DNA from: an uncultured Christensenellaceae bacterium
GTDB lineage: Bacteria; Bacillota; Clostridia; Christensenellales; SZUA-584
Direction: 5' to 3'
DNA length: 64,000 bases
Assembly: GCA_964586785.1 (NCBI GenBank)
Contig: CAZPHS010000004.1
Location: forward strand, 37,305-101,304
In this document: positions 40,601 to 48,574 of the stretch, one piece after another
Numbering within the stretch: position 1 is the first letter of the stretch
Layout: each line of letters opens with the position of its first letter
Notes under the pieces: model-generated
What the model saw: the letters and a program-made list of their open reading frames with translations, nothing else
Database searches by the model: none
What the model was told of the DNA's origin: nothing
Program-made: the position numbers and the translations under genes

Positions 40601-41825
40601 TTTCAACGACAACACCCTTGAGCCGTACACTAAGTATTACTACACCGTGCGCGCTTACCGCACTGTAAGCGGCGGGCAGTATGAGGGACCGGATTCGCTT
40701 GTTAAAACCGCCTCCACCGTGCTCGCGAAACCGGGCGGCGTCAAATCATATACGGCGCTTCCCCTCGGTATAAGGCTGACGTGGAAAGCCGTTTCCGGCG
40801 CAACGAGCTATGAGATTTTACGCGGTACGTCCAAAACGGGCGCATACACGCCAATAGGAACAACAAGCGGTTTAACCTACACCAACGAAGGGTTGGATGC
40901 CGGAAAAACGTATCATTACAGGATAATCGCTTGCCGTACCGTTGGCGGGAACACCGTTAAGGGTCCGTATTCCTATAAGTCCGCTAAAACCTCCGCCGCG
41001 GTTCCGGGCAGCTTTAAGCTCTCTCAAGCTCCGCCGCTTGGTATAAAGCTTTCATGGAAAGCAGTTACCGGCGCGGAAGGGTATGAGATATACCGCAGCG
41101 CCTCCAAAGCGGGAGCGTATACTCTTGTTGGCGCAACCGGCGATTTAAGCTATACCGATGAAGGTCTGGAAGCCGGAAAGACGTATTACTACAAGGTTCG
41201 CATGTACACTACGCACGGCGGCACAAAGCTGTACGGCAATTATACAAACGTAAAATACTTAAAAGCGCCCGCCGCGGTTCCGGGCGGCATTAAGCTCTCT
41301 CAAGCGCCGCCTCTTGGTATAAAGCTTTCATGGAAAGCAGTTACCGGCGCGGAAGGGTATGAGATATACCGCAGCGCCTCCAAAGCGGGAGCGTATACTC
41401 TTGTTGGCGCAACCGGCGATTTAAGCTATACCGATGAAGGTCTGGAAGCCGGAAAGACGTATTACTACAAGGTTCGCATGTACACTACGCACGGCGGCAC
41501 AAAGCTGTACGGCAATTATACAGGCGTGAAGTACTTAAAAGCGCCCGCCGCGGTTCCGGGCGGCTTTAAGCTCTCTCAAGCGCCGCCTCTTGGTATAAAG
41601 CTTTCATGGAAAGCCGTTACCGGCGCGGAAGGGTATGAAATATACCGCAGCGCCTCCAAAGCGGGAACGTATACTCTTGTTGGCGCAACCGGCGGTTTAA
41701 GCTATACCGATGAAGGGCTTGAAGCCGGAAAAACGTATTACTACAAGATACGGATTGTCGCGACCTGCGGCGCAAGAACGGTGTACGGCGGCTACACGGC
41801 TGTAAAGTACGCTAAGGTGAAATAA
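37644..41825 (+). CDS. secreted multidomain papain-like (C1) cysteine peptidase with cadherin-like and 7 FN3-like modules
   Basis: Signal peptide MNKKIISALLIIVTIVLLLPIGAFA. C1 catalytic motifs GDQGYIGSCASFA (Cys), HAMTIVGYNDD (His) and NSWGTGWGNDGYIWL (Asn/Trp). LSGISLSTGESISPAFNSNVFGYSANI resembles a cadherin-like beta-sandwich. Seven ~92-aa repeats share the pattern LSW..V.GA.GYE.YR...Y.D..L..G.TYYYK.RAY. Confidence 0.85.
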   Translation: MNKKIISALLIIVTIVLLLPIGAFAHTQTEQRRTGLVAPSERARELFEEHATAIGKILPNSEGLARINQARAEKGFSPFSSAYAAADGDEFISADAAGKENNKYLTILDNYSEILGSLPAAVDLSQTNYFPAVGDQGYIGSCASFATTYYAATYQTARKRGINLRENPGSILSPKFSYNLNNNGEDMGSSIYDNLISLHCLGSPFVDETSMQSYQYNGYDFSSGTTVKPVQYREYPQTAAIYNDALKNLAYDVDYMEYEDTEEALELIRQAITNGTVLVFGTDYMYDWRTDDTIQDNPAASADDEYIGESACSRILISNPADYSRHAMTIVGYNDDIWVDINENGVVDSFETGALKIANSWGTGWGNDGYIWLCYSALENIGSEYINGYFNFDYNTLYFISAQNEYTPKATAEITINTVRRNQLWLFGGVNWNEAAEPLCYIPNFVFCGWGGPYSFAGTKVASTATVVIDLTDYIDYINDEIEDGFADAGGKMSLCAGVFDDVTGYPQRVDSVVFKSYENATALDAMPQTVDADFKWFCGKAKINNNNPPAYDSTIERLPIMPLDTNKSAYTSGSGNPAEWRFIPSVSGVYLFSNTISASNTLEIQNASRKPLYEDCDYMYAPLYAGKTYILRAWNDDEGHGVSFTAKISLWEQWPGSSYSSKLSGISLSTGESISPAFNSNVFGYSANINGTGTTLSVSPVHAQSYVLIGDRNVLSRAYTIDGGASKSIRIEVTSADWLSTQIYNVNISALPKSPNVSITSGYNNAKLSWNKVSGAVGYEIYRSNSGAGTYTRVANITKGSTTSWTNSSLLTGTTYYYKMRAVYSGGKYSAYSAVQSVKPMIANAAGLKASASNYNSVKLSWSGVSGASGYEVHRGTSPSGAYKLIKSTGSKSFTDTKLDTGTTYYYKIRAYRTVSGGKVYSGFSDVKSEKPVLAKTGSLKVKASGYNTAKLSWGSTKGATGYNVYRSTSEGGVYTKVGTTTKRSFNDNTLEPYTKYYYTVRAYRTVSGGQYEGPDSLVKTASTVLAKPGGVKSYTALPLGIRLTWKAVSGATSYEILRGTSKTGAYTPIGTTSGLTYTNEGLDAGKTYHYRIIACRTVGGNTVKGPYSYKSAKTSAAVPGSFKLSQAPPLGIKLSWKAVTGAEGYEIYRSASKAGAYTLVGATGDLSYTDEGLEAGKTYYYKVRMYTTHGGTKLYGNYTNVKYLKAPAAVPGGIKLSQAPPLGIKLSWKAVTGAEGYEIYRSASKAGAYTLVGATGDLSYTDEGLEAGKTYYYKVRMYTTHGGTKLYGNYTGVKYLKAPAAVPGGFKLSQAPPLGIKLSWKAVTGAEGYEIYRSASKAGTYTLVGATGGLSYTDEGLEAGKTYYYKIRIVATCGARTVYGGYTAVKYAKVK
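40995..41822 (+). repeat. three tandem 276-bp repeats inside the peptidase gene
   Basis: Copies start at 40995, 41271 and 41547. Copies 1 and 2 share an identical block of about 200 bp (41041-41240 versus 41317-41516). Copy 3 diverges in its last third. Confidence 0.9.
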
Positions 41826-41842
41826 AATATCTGTTACAACAA

Positions 41843-41871
41843 CAGGGAGCGGTTAAAACGGCCGCTCCCTG
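41843..41871. terminator. bidirectional terminator hairpin between the peptidase gene and cheX
   Basis: CAGGGAGCGG - 9 nt - CCGCTCCCTG followed by TTTGT. Confidence 0.7.
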
Positions 41872-41895
41872 TTTGTACTCCGCAGCTTATTATGT

Positions 41896-42357
41896 TTATT
41901 CCTCAAAAGCTATATTGATTTCCACCGAATTATCATCCGCGTTAAGCTGAACGCACAGTACGCTTCTCGAGCTCATGCTCACCGATATATTCGGCCCGTG
42001 AAAAAGTGTTGGGGTGGAAATTTCAATATTAATACCCGCGTTGTAAAAGTAAGTCGCGGCGCTTGCCGTAAGCATATTGCAAAGCTCCGCCAGAGCGCTC
42101 TGGGACATTTCGTCCAGTTCGTCAACCGGCGCGCCCATCATCATTGTTGAGGCTATCGTCTTGGCGGTATCAAAACCTATTCTGTAAACAACATTGCCCT
42201 TTATCGCCCCCACCATGCCGACAACAATCACAACGCCCGAACATGTAAGCTCCTGCCCCTTTTCGCGCAAATCTCCCTTTTGAATATTGCAAAAGCCAAG
42301 CTGCGGCATCACTTCCGAAAAAGATTGTATGAAAGGATCAATGTATTTTATGTCCAC
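41896..42357 (-). CDS. cheX: CheX-type chemotaxis phosphatase
   Basis: 153 aa with N-terminus MDIKYIDPFIQSF. One S-x3-E-x2-N-x21-P match (SALAELCN...TP) to the CheC/CheX/FliY motif. Confidence 0.7.
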   Translation of the reverse strand: MDIKYIDPFIQSFSEVMPQLGFCNIQKGDLREKGQELTCSGVVIVVGMVGAIKGNVVYRIGFDTAKTIASTMMMGAPVDELDEMSQSALAELCNMLTASAATYFYNAGINIEISTPTLFHGPNISVSMSSRSVLCVQLNADDNSVEINIAFEE

Positions 42358-43211
42358 TTTTCCTCGCTCCTTTGAAAGCCGACATTAAGCAGCAGCTTTC
42401 CGTATGATGTGCTTGATACCGCGGTGGTCGTATTAAAACAAGAGGCGGCTATAAGAACATTATCGCCGTGCAGTATGGAAGGAGGCGCCACCCGCAGCCC
42501 TAAAGCTTTATTTTTCCTGTTCAGTATGGAACACGCGTTTCCCGATACTATATTTGAAAACTCTCCGAGAGCGGCCATTGTTTCATCGTCATTTTTGGGT
42601 TCCCTTTTGAAAATCGCGGCGGCAATGTCCTCGGCGGTCTTTATTGACAAATCAAGCAGCATCCTTCCCGAGAATTTGCCTATTATGCCTATAATTATTG
42701 TCATGCCTTGCGATTCATATTCCTTATTGGTAGTGTACTCCTCCGTATATGTGACAAGCGTTTTCGTCATACGGTTCATGCCGTCCATAAGCGCTTCTTT
42801 AAACACGCCAAAATATTCTTCCGATAAAAACTTGTACAGTTCTTCGGAAGCCATAACTCTTTTAACGGCGGTTATAAGTTCATCGGCGTCAACGGGCTTT
42901 TGTACATACGCGGACACATTATTCTCCTGCGCTTCTTTTATCAGCTCTTCATCCATCATAGAGCTTACGACAATAACCCTTATGTTTTTATCAATCTCAT
43001 GCACGGCGCGCGTACACTCAAACCCGTCCGTACCTGGCAATGTCATATCCATGGTTACCAAATTTGGTTTTGTACTTTTTACAATCTCTTTGACTTCTTC
43101 CAATGAGGAGGCTTGCCCGACAACCTTAAACCCGTTGGTTTCAAATATCTCCCGTATCAATGTGATTGCAAAAGATGAGTCGTCGACGATAACAATTCTG
43201 GTCTCTTCCAT
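42348..43211 (-). CDS. response-regulator receiver domain fused to a CheC/CheX-like phosphatase domain
   Basis: REC domain (IVDDS...VTMDMTLPGTDG...K). C-terminal E-x2-N-x22-P element (GEFSNIVSGN...APP). 10-nt overlap with cheX. Confidence 0.7.
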   Translation of the reverse strand: MEETRIVIVDDSSFAITLIREIFETNGFKVVGQASSLEEVKEIVKSTKPNLVTMDMTLPGTDGFECTRAVHEIDKNIRVIVVSSMMDEELIKEAQENNVSAYVQKPVDADELITAVKRVMASEELYKFLSEEYFGVFKEALMDGMNRMTKTLVTYTEEYTTNKEYESQGMTIIIGIIGKFSGRMLLDLSIKTAEDIAAAIFKREPKNDDETMAALGEFSNIVSGNACSILNRKNKALGLRVAPPSILHGDNVLIAASCFNTTTAVSSTSYGKLLLNVGFQRSEEKWT

Positions 43212-43358
43212 AGCGTCAGCCCTCCAAAAATGAGTTTATATAACCTTCGCAAAAATCACCGGCCGCGTTTGTCGTCTCCCATATATACGAAATCATACGG
43301 CAATATGCCGGCTCTTTGTTGATATAAACATTAATTATTAATGCTAAACACACCCGTG

Positions 43359-44009
43359 TTATCTGATGCCCTCTTTTGAGCAAAAAACGTATACGGCCTT
43401 TTGCCACGCCTTCCGTTCGCTTTTAGTCCAAGGCTCGTCAAGAAAGCGATAATCATGCTTCCTTTTTAATTCGGATAAATCCTCAAGGAGGGCGTCGTAT
43501 TTTTGCAGCGTTACACGCTTTATTTTTTCTGTTATATCGTTGTCTTTTACCGAAATGGCAAGCTCTAAATGCGGCAGGCAAAGCAACGCGCCGGCTTTAT
43601 ATTTTTCCGCAAAATTATTATACTTAAAAGATTCTATAAAAGCATTTATATATCTTTTTTCGGCATCCCGCCTTTCCGCGCAAAATAAGCACAGCGCGTT
43701 ATTTTGATAGCTCATTTTATGTTTTTTCGCTTTTTTTGATTTGAGCTCTAAAACGGCGTTATCAATTAAATCCGAATAAATAATAGCGTGAGCAAGCGGA
43801 TCGCCCATTTTAAGAAGCATGTACGAATGATAATTGCACAGTCCTTTTGATTCGCGGATTTTTATCCGTAAATCCTTATCGTTTACGCTTTCGTACAAAA
43901 AGCTGTCCATATGCTGCTCCGTACAATGATTTATAAGCTCGCAAACCGGACATTTTTGTTCGTACAGCCTATCAAAGAGTTCATGCGACGTTATATCAAA
44001 AGCCATCAT
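43359..44009 (-). CDS. Cys-rich hypothetical protein (I recall this pattern as DUF6062-like)
   Basis: 216 aa with CPVCELINHC, CNYH, CLFCAERRD and CLPHLE motifs. No enzymatic motif. Confidence 0.5.
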   Translation of the reverse strand: MMAFDITSHELFDRLYEQKCPVCELINHCTEQHMDSFLYESVNDKDLRIKIRESKGLCNYHSYMLLKMGDPLAHAIIYSDLIDNAVLELKSKKAKKHKMSYQNNALCLFCAERRDAEKRYINAFIESFKYNNFAEKYKAGALLCLPHLELAISVKDNDITEKIKRVTLQKYDALLEDLSELKRKHDYRFLDEPWTKSERKAWQKAVYVFCSKEGIR

Positions 44010-44096
44010 GTTCCTCCTGTTTACTAATTATAAACAAAAAATGCCGCGGTGACGCAGCAGATTTGACGGTAAAGCGCCCGGGGCGAACGCTATTTT

Positions 44097-44828
44097 TTAT
44101 GCCTTTACGGGCGCCCGCCGCAGCGTTATATATGATAAGCCCGTCCATAACGCTAATGACGCCGATTTTAAACAAATGCTTATCGGAGCGTTTTGCGAGT
44201 GCAGCCCCGATATATACGAGAAAAACCGGCCTATTGCATTATAAACAGCCCCGTCGAACAAGTTCGAATCAATAATCGGCAAAACTATAAGGAAAAATAC
44301 CGGCGCTCCGATTGATACCAAAAGCTTAACGGTCTTATTCATACGATAAAACAGGGTAGTTATAAAGTGTCCGACGATTACGGCGCTTATGTAGCAATAA
44401 AACTGCCAAAGCAGCTCCATACCAAAAAAAGCGGCGCCGTATGCCGTATATCCATGGCGCAGCTGCTCAAATATTGTTCTGTAATCAATAAACTGTTTTA
44501 GTATAACGCCGATTAAGCTGTTAATTACGGCCATGCCTATACTGACAGCCGCCGCCGAAGCTAAAAAGCTTCTGAAAAAAGTTTTCCTTGAGACGCCGTT
44601 TGCCATCATCATATGAAACGCCGATTTATGCGAATTTAGCCCAAAAACAAATAAGAATATTATTGACGCGGCTTCAAGGCCGCTGATAGTAACTCTGGCG
44701 CCGCTGTTTATTAACCCCCCCATACTGATTGCCATAAGAGTGTAAAACAAAATGGCAGCGATATAAAAGATTATTATCTGTTTTTTCGCTTCGTAAATCT
44801 GGTATTTCAGCGCGGGTTTGAATCTCAT
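44097..44828 (-). CDS. ABC-2-type transporter permease
   Basis: 243 aa with six hydrophobic segments. ATGA-type overlap with the upstream ATPase. Confidence 0.65.
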   Translation of the reverse strand: MRFKPALKYQIYEAKKQIIIFYIAAILFYTLMAISMGGLINSGARVTISGLEAASIIFLFVFGLNSHKSAFHMMMANGVSRKTFFRSFLASAAAVSIGMAVINSLIGVILKQFIDYRTIFEQLRHGYTAYGAAFFGMELLWQFYCYISAVIVGHFITTLFYRMNKTVKLLVSIGAPVFFLIVLPIIDSNLFDGAVYNAIGRFFSYISGLHSQNAPISICLKSASLALWTGLSYITLRRAPVKA

Positions 44829-45691
44829 TTTTTTATACCTCCGTTATTTGTAAGATGAATAAACAGGCTTTGCAGCTTCATGCGGGAAACCTCAATACCT
44901 TCGGGCACATCAGCCGGACGCCCGCTTTCAAGAACATACGCGCTTTTAATGCCGCCCAATGTGTCGGCGCCCAAAAGCTTTTGCCCTTTGGTGAAGTCGT
45001 CGACCGCCGCGGCCGCGCCTGTCACCGTATACCCTTTTGTCAATATGTTTTGCGTCATATCGCTTATTATTATTTCGCCGTTTTTAATTATGACTACGTT
45101 TTCTATAACGTCCGCGGCTTCCTCTATAAGGTGTGTGGAGATTACAATTGTTTTAGGCCGGCGGCTGTAGCACGCTATAAGCTCCCGGTAAAACAAATCC
45201 CGAAAATTCGCGTCCAGCCCCAGCACCGGCTCGTCCAGAAGCAAAACCGGAGCGTTGCAGGATAAAGCGACAATTATCTTAAATATCGAATTATAGCCCG
45301 TCGAAAGCGATTTTATTTTCTTTTTAACGCTTAAAGAGAACTTATCCGCCAATTCTTCCGCATATGAAAAATCGGTATCCGGATAAAACTCCCTCGTCCA
45401 TTCAAGCGCCTTTTTAACGCTCATGCTTTCCGGATAAAGCGTCTGCTCGCCGAAGCAATATACTTTTGACATCGCGATATCGTTTTCCGCGGCTCTTTCG
45501 TTATCAATCAATATCTCTCCGCCGTCGGCAAAAATTCTGCCTGTAATAAGGTTGAGAAGCGTAGTTTTCCCCGCGCCGTTGCGCCCCAGCAGCCCGCATA
45601 TTTTGTTTTCTTCAAATGTAACCGAAACATTATTTAAAGCCGTAACGCCGCCGTAATTCTTAGTGATATTTTTTACTTCAATAACACTCAT
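44825..45691 (-). CDS. ABC transporter ATP-binding protein
   Basis: Walker A GRNGAGKTT, signature LSTGYNS (degenerate), Walker B LLLDEP. Confidence 0.85.
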   Translation of the reverse strand: MSVIEVKNITKNYGGVTALNNVSVTFEENKICGLLGRNGAGKTTLLNLITGRIFADGGEILIDNERAAENDIAMSKVYCFGEQTLYPESMSVKKALEWTREFYPDTDFSYAEELADKFSLSVKKKIKSLSTGYNSIFKIIVALSCNAPVLLLDEPVLGLDANFRDLFYRELIACYSRRPKTIVISTHLIEEAADVIENVVIIKNGEIIISDMTQNILTKGYTVTGAAAAVDDFTKGQKLLGADTLGGIKSAYVLESGRPADVPEGIEVSRMKLQSLFIHLTNNGGIKK

Positions 45692-46056
45692 TTTTCAAAC
45701 CCGCTCCTTATCATATTAATTATTTCTTCGCGTGAAATGAGCAGCTTTTCCGCTTCCCGTATCATAGGCTTAACAAACTTATCTCCAAACTTATTTTTCC
45801 GTTTTAAAAGTATGGCCTGCTTAGCGCCCGTCGCGACAAACATACCAAGCCCGCGCTTTTTATAAAGCACGCCTTCGTCCACAAGTAACGTTATGCCCTT
45901 AAGCGCCGTCGCGGGGTTTATTTTGTAGCTTACCGATATCTCCGTAGTGGAAGGCGCCTGCCGCTCCTCCGCAAGCGCGTCCGATAATATGGCGTTTTCC
46001 AGCCGCTCGGCAATCTGAACAAACAACGGCGTTTCGCTGTTTAATTCCCGATGCAT
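45688..46056 (-). CDS. GntR-family (YtrA-subfamily) transcriptional regulator
   Basis: 122 aa with winged helix PSTTEISVSYKINPATALKGITLLVDEGVLYKKRGLGMFV and a short C-terminus typical of YtrA. First gene of a GntR-ABC-permease operon. Confidence 0.8.
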   Translation of the reverse strand: MHRELNSETPLFVQIAERLENAILSDALAEERQAPSTTEISVSYKINPATALKGITLLVDEGVLYKKRGLGMFVATGAKQAILLKRKNKFGDKFVKPMIREAEKLLISREEIINMIRSGFEK

Positions 46057-46076
46057 AATGCCACCTCACTTAACTG

Positions 46077-46098
46077 GTTAGTTACCTATGTGACTAAC
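46077..46098. promoter_or_regulatory. inverted repeat overlapping the gntR promoter (probable YtrA-type operator)
   Basis: GTTAGTTAC-ctat-GTGACTAAC with one mismatch. Overlaps the -10 of minus-strand TTGACA(46120-46125)-17-TATAGT(46097-46102). Confidence 0.5.
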
Positions 46099-46202
46099 TA
46101 TAATACGGCGTTGTTGTTTTGTCAACGGTTTCCCAAATCTTTTTTCATAAATTGTTCGCTCCTCACCGGCCGGTACGGCCAGGCTTTAACTTCCGCCGTC
46201 CC

Positions 46203-46231
46203 TTGACACATATTTTTTATAAGTATATACT
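46203..46231 (+). promoter_or_regulatory. sigma-A-type promoter of the MATE gene
   Basis: TTGACA - 17 nt - TATACT. Confidence 0.5.
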
Positions 46232-46265
46232 GCCTTTCGTCAGCTTAGGAAAAGAGGAGCTATTT

Positions 46266-47624
46266 TTGGATCATACAAAACAGATGGGAACTGCCCCTAT
46301 ATTAAAACTGGTTATTAAGTTTTCTCTGCCGACAATATTCGCCATGGTCGTCAACGCCATATACAATATTGTAGACCGTATTTTTGTGGGGCATTTTGTA
46401 AACGAAGACGCGCTTGGGGGATTAACCGTCGTCTTCCCTATAATGATAATAATACTTGCGTTCGGCACTCTTTTCGCCATCGGCGGCGCCGTGCTTATTT
46501 CCATCAAACTGGGTGAGAATAAACTTGACGAAGCCACGATGTATTTTGGCAACACCGTATCCCTTATTGTTATCGGCAGCGCGGTTATGTCCGCGGTCAG
46601 CATAATATTTTTGCCCGATCTTCTTTTATTATCGGGCGCAACGCCGTCTAATCTTCCGTACGCGCTCTCTTACATGCATATTATTCTTCCCTGCGTTATT
46701 ATTCAGCTTTCGTCTTTTGCTATGGCGGCGATAGTCCGCAGCGAAGGCAAACCTTACTTTGCGATGATAAGCCAGGTTTCTTCGGCTCTAACAAACATAG
46801 TGCTGGATTACATTTTTATAGGACCTTTAAACATGGGGGTTGAGGGAGCCGCTATAGCTACCGTAATAGGCCAGTTCGTCGGTTTTGCCATACTGTTCCG
46901 ATACTTCTTTATAAAAAAGCAAGGCATACTGAGGCTTAACGCAAACAGTTTGAAGCTTTCGGCGGCGCGTTTTGGCCGTATATGCGTCACGGGCGCTTCC
47001 AGCTTTGTCATAAATATAGGAACGGGCATCTCGGCCTCTTTTACAAACGCCGCTCTCGCCGTGTACGGGGGCGACGCCGCCATTACTTCCGCGGGCGCCA
47101 TATCGAGCATATTTACGCTCGTGCTTATGCCGGTGCTCGGTTTGCTTCAGGGAATAGGCCCTATAATGGGCTACAACCACGGTATGCGCCAGCCGTCGCG
47201 CGTATGGAGAACGCTATTTACGGGCATTGGCCTCGGCTCCGTTTTTACGGCGGCAATGTTTATACTTATACAAATATTTCCCGAGACCGCCGCTTCGCTT
47301 TTTTTAAAGCCGTCTTCGCCCACAATGGCCATGTGTGCTCACGGACTGAAGCTGAATTTAACAGCTTTGCCCGTACTTGCCTTCAGCGTTCTCTCAACCG
47401 CGTATTTTCAATCAACCGGCCGCGGATTAATAAGCTTATCTATAAGCCTGCTGCGCCAGCTCCTTGTTATTGCCGCCGTAAAAACGCTGCCGTATTATCT
47501 GGCGCTTGACGGCGTTTGGCTTTCGAGCCCCGCCGGAGAAATTCTGACAGTGGCGTTATCCGCTTGCCTGCTTATTGCCGCCGCCCGTACAAAACGCCCC
47601 GCTTCAATAGCCGACGAGGCATAA
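46266..47624 (+). CDS. MATE family efflux transporter
   Basis: 12-TM protein whose N-terminus PILKLVIKFSLPTIFAMVVNAIYNIVDRIFVG is typical of MATE. TTG at 46266 (GAGGAG RBS) or ATG at 46284 preferred over the listed start at 46119. Confidence 0.85.
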   Translation: MDHTKQMGTAPILKLVIKFSLPTIFAMVVNAIYNIVDRIFVGHFVNEDALGGLTVVFPIMIIILAFGTLFAIGGAVLISIKLGENKLDEATMYFGNTVSLIVIGSAVMSAVSIIFLPDLLLLSGATPSNLPYALSYMHIILPCVIIQLSSFAMAAIVRSEGKPYFAMISQVSSALTNIVLDYIFIGPLNMGVEGAAIATVIGQFVGFAILFRYFFIKKQGILRLNANSLKLSAARFGRICVTGASSFVINIGTGISASFTNAALAVYGGDAAITSAGAISSIFTLVLMPVLGLLQGIGPIMGYNHGMRQPSRVWRTLFTGIGLGSVFTAAMFILIQIFPETAASLFLKPSSPTMAMCAHGLKLNLTALPVLAFSVLSTAYFQSTGRGLISLSISLLRQLLVIAAVKTLPYYLALDGVWLSSPAGEILTVALSACLLIAAARTKRPASIADEA

Positions 47625-47662
47625 CGGTATTACACAATTTGCTTTGCGGTTATCCGCGCAAG

Positions 47663-48226
47663 TCAACTTGTAGTAATTACAAAACAGCCCCTCCATTTGA
47701 TTATCCTTTTTTCCTCTTCTCCGCAGCTTTCCGGATCGGGGCATACCGGTATCAAATCTGACGTAAAATTATTCGCGACCGCAAAATCGGTAACCGTTAC
47801 GCTTTCTATAGATGGTATATCGGCAAAAGCGCAGCTTCCCCCGACCGGTTCGTCAATGTTTAAACAGCCCGCGGAGGAAACCCAGCCGAGCATACTTGAG
47901 GCCGTTGTGTCAACGCATACGTCTGCCGTGTTTTCCGGCTCGTTATTAAACGCGGCAAACTGTTCCTGGGTATTATAGGCTTCGTCGCTTTGGATTATCG
48001 GAAAGGCGTTGCATATATACGATATCGTTCCCGTAAGATAGTAAATGTACATCAGTACCTGCCCTATCTCGGGAACTTCAATACTTTTCTGCTTGCCCGC
48101 AATTTGCAGCCTGCTTATATCAAACAAAACGCTTTTAACGCCGTTCGGTTCTGAAAAATCTTCGTCCAGCATAAACTGCGGCGGTATTTCAACTGTTGTG
48201 CAAAATGGCACCTTCACTACAGCCAT
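47663..48226 (-). CDS. Cys-rich hypothetical protein, possibly DUF3992/Ena-like spore-surface protein
   Basis: 187 aa with 8 Cys and a strong AGGAGG RBS. The motifs PVGGSCAFADIPSIESVTV and C-terminal RGCFVITTS resemble, from memory, conserved blocks of Bacillus Ena1A/Ena1B. Confidence 0.6.
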   Translation of the reverse strand: MAVVKVPFCTTVEIPPQFMLDEDFSEPNGVKSVLFDISRLQIAGKQKSIEVPEIGQVLMYIYYLTGTISYICNAFPIIQSDEAYNTQEQFAAFNNEPENTADVCVDTTASSMLGWVSSAGCLNIDEPVGGSCAFADIPSIESVTVTDFAVANNFTSDLIPVCPDPESCGEEEKRIIKWRGCFVITTS

Positions 48227-48574
48227 AATAAAAATAAACCTCCTGATTATAAATTGGTGTTTTACACCATACTGTATATTATTTATGACTGCCGTTTTGT
48301 GTGAATACGGCGCTCTTTGTATAGACGCGCAAGCGGTATTACGCGCATTTTCTTAAAGTATTTATACGCAAAGAGCCGGGTTAAAAAACCCCGGCTCTCA
48401 TCTATGTGAAAAGAGCAATAATTTGGAGGGCAATTGCTCTTTTACATACTGGTATCTTTCCCAAAAATAAATCTTTAAAACGATTTTAAAAACTTTATAA
48501 CATTTTTTTATACGATTTTTGATTAATCATTCCGCGCGTGGTACAATTGCTGATAAATCGGAGGGCGTTTTAAA

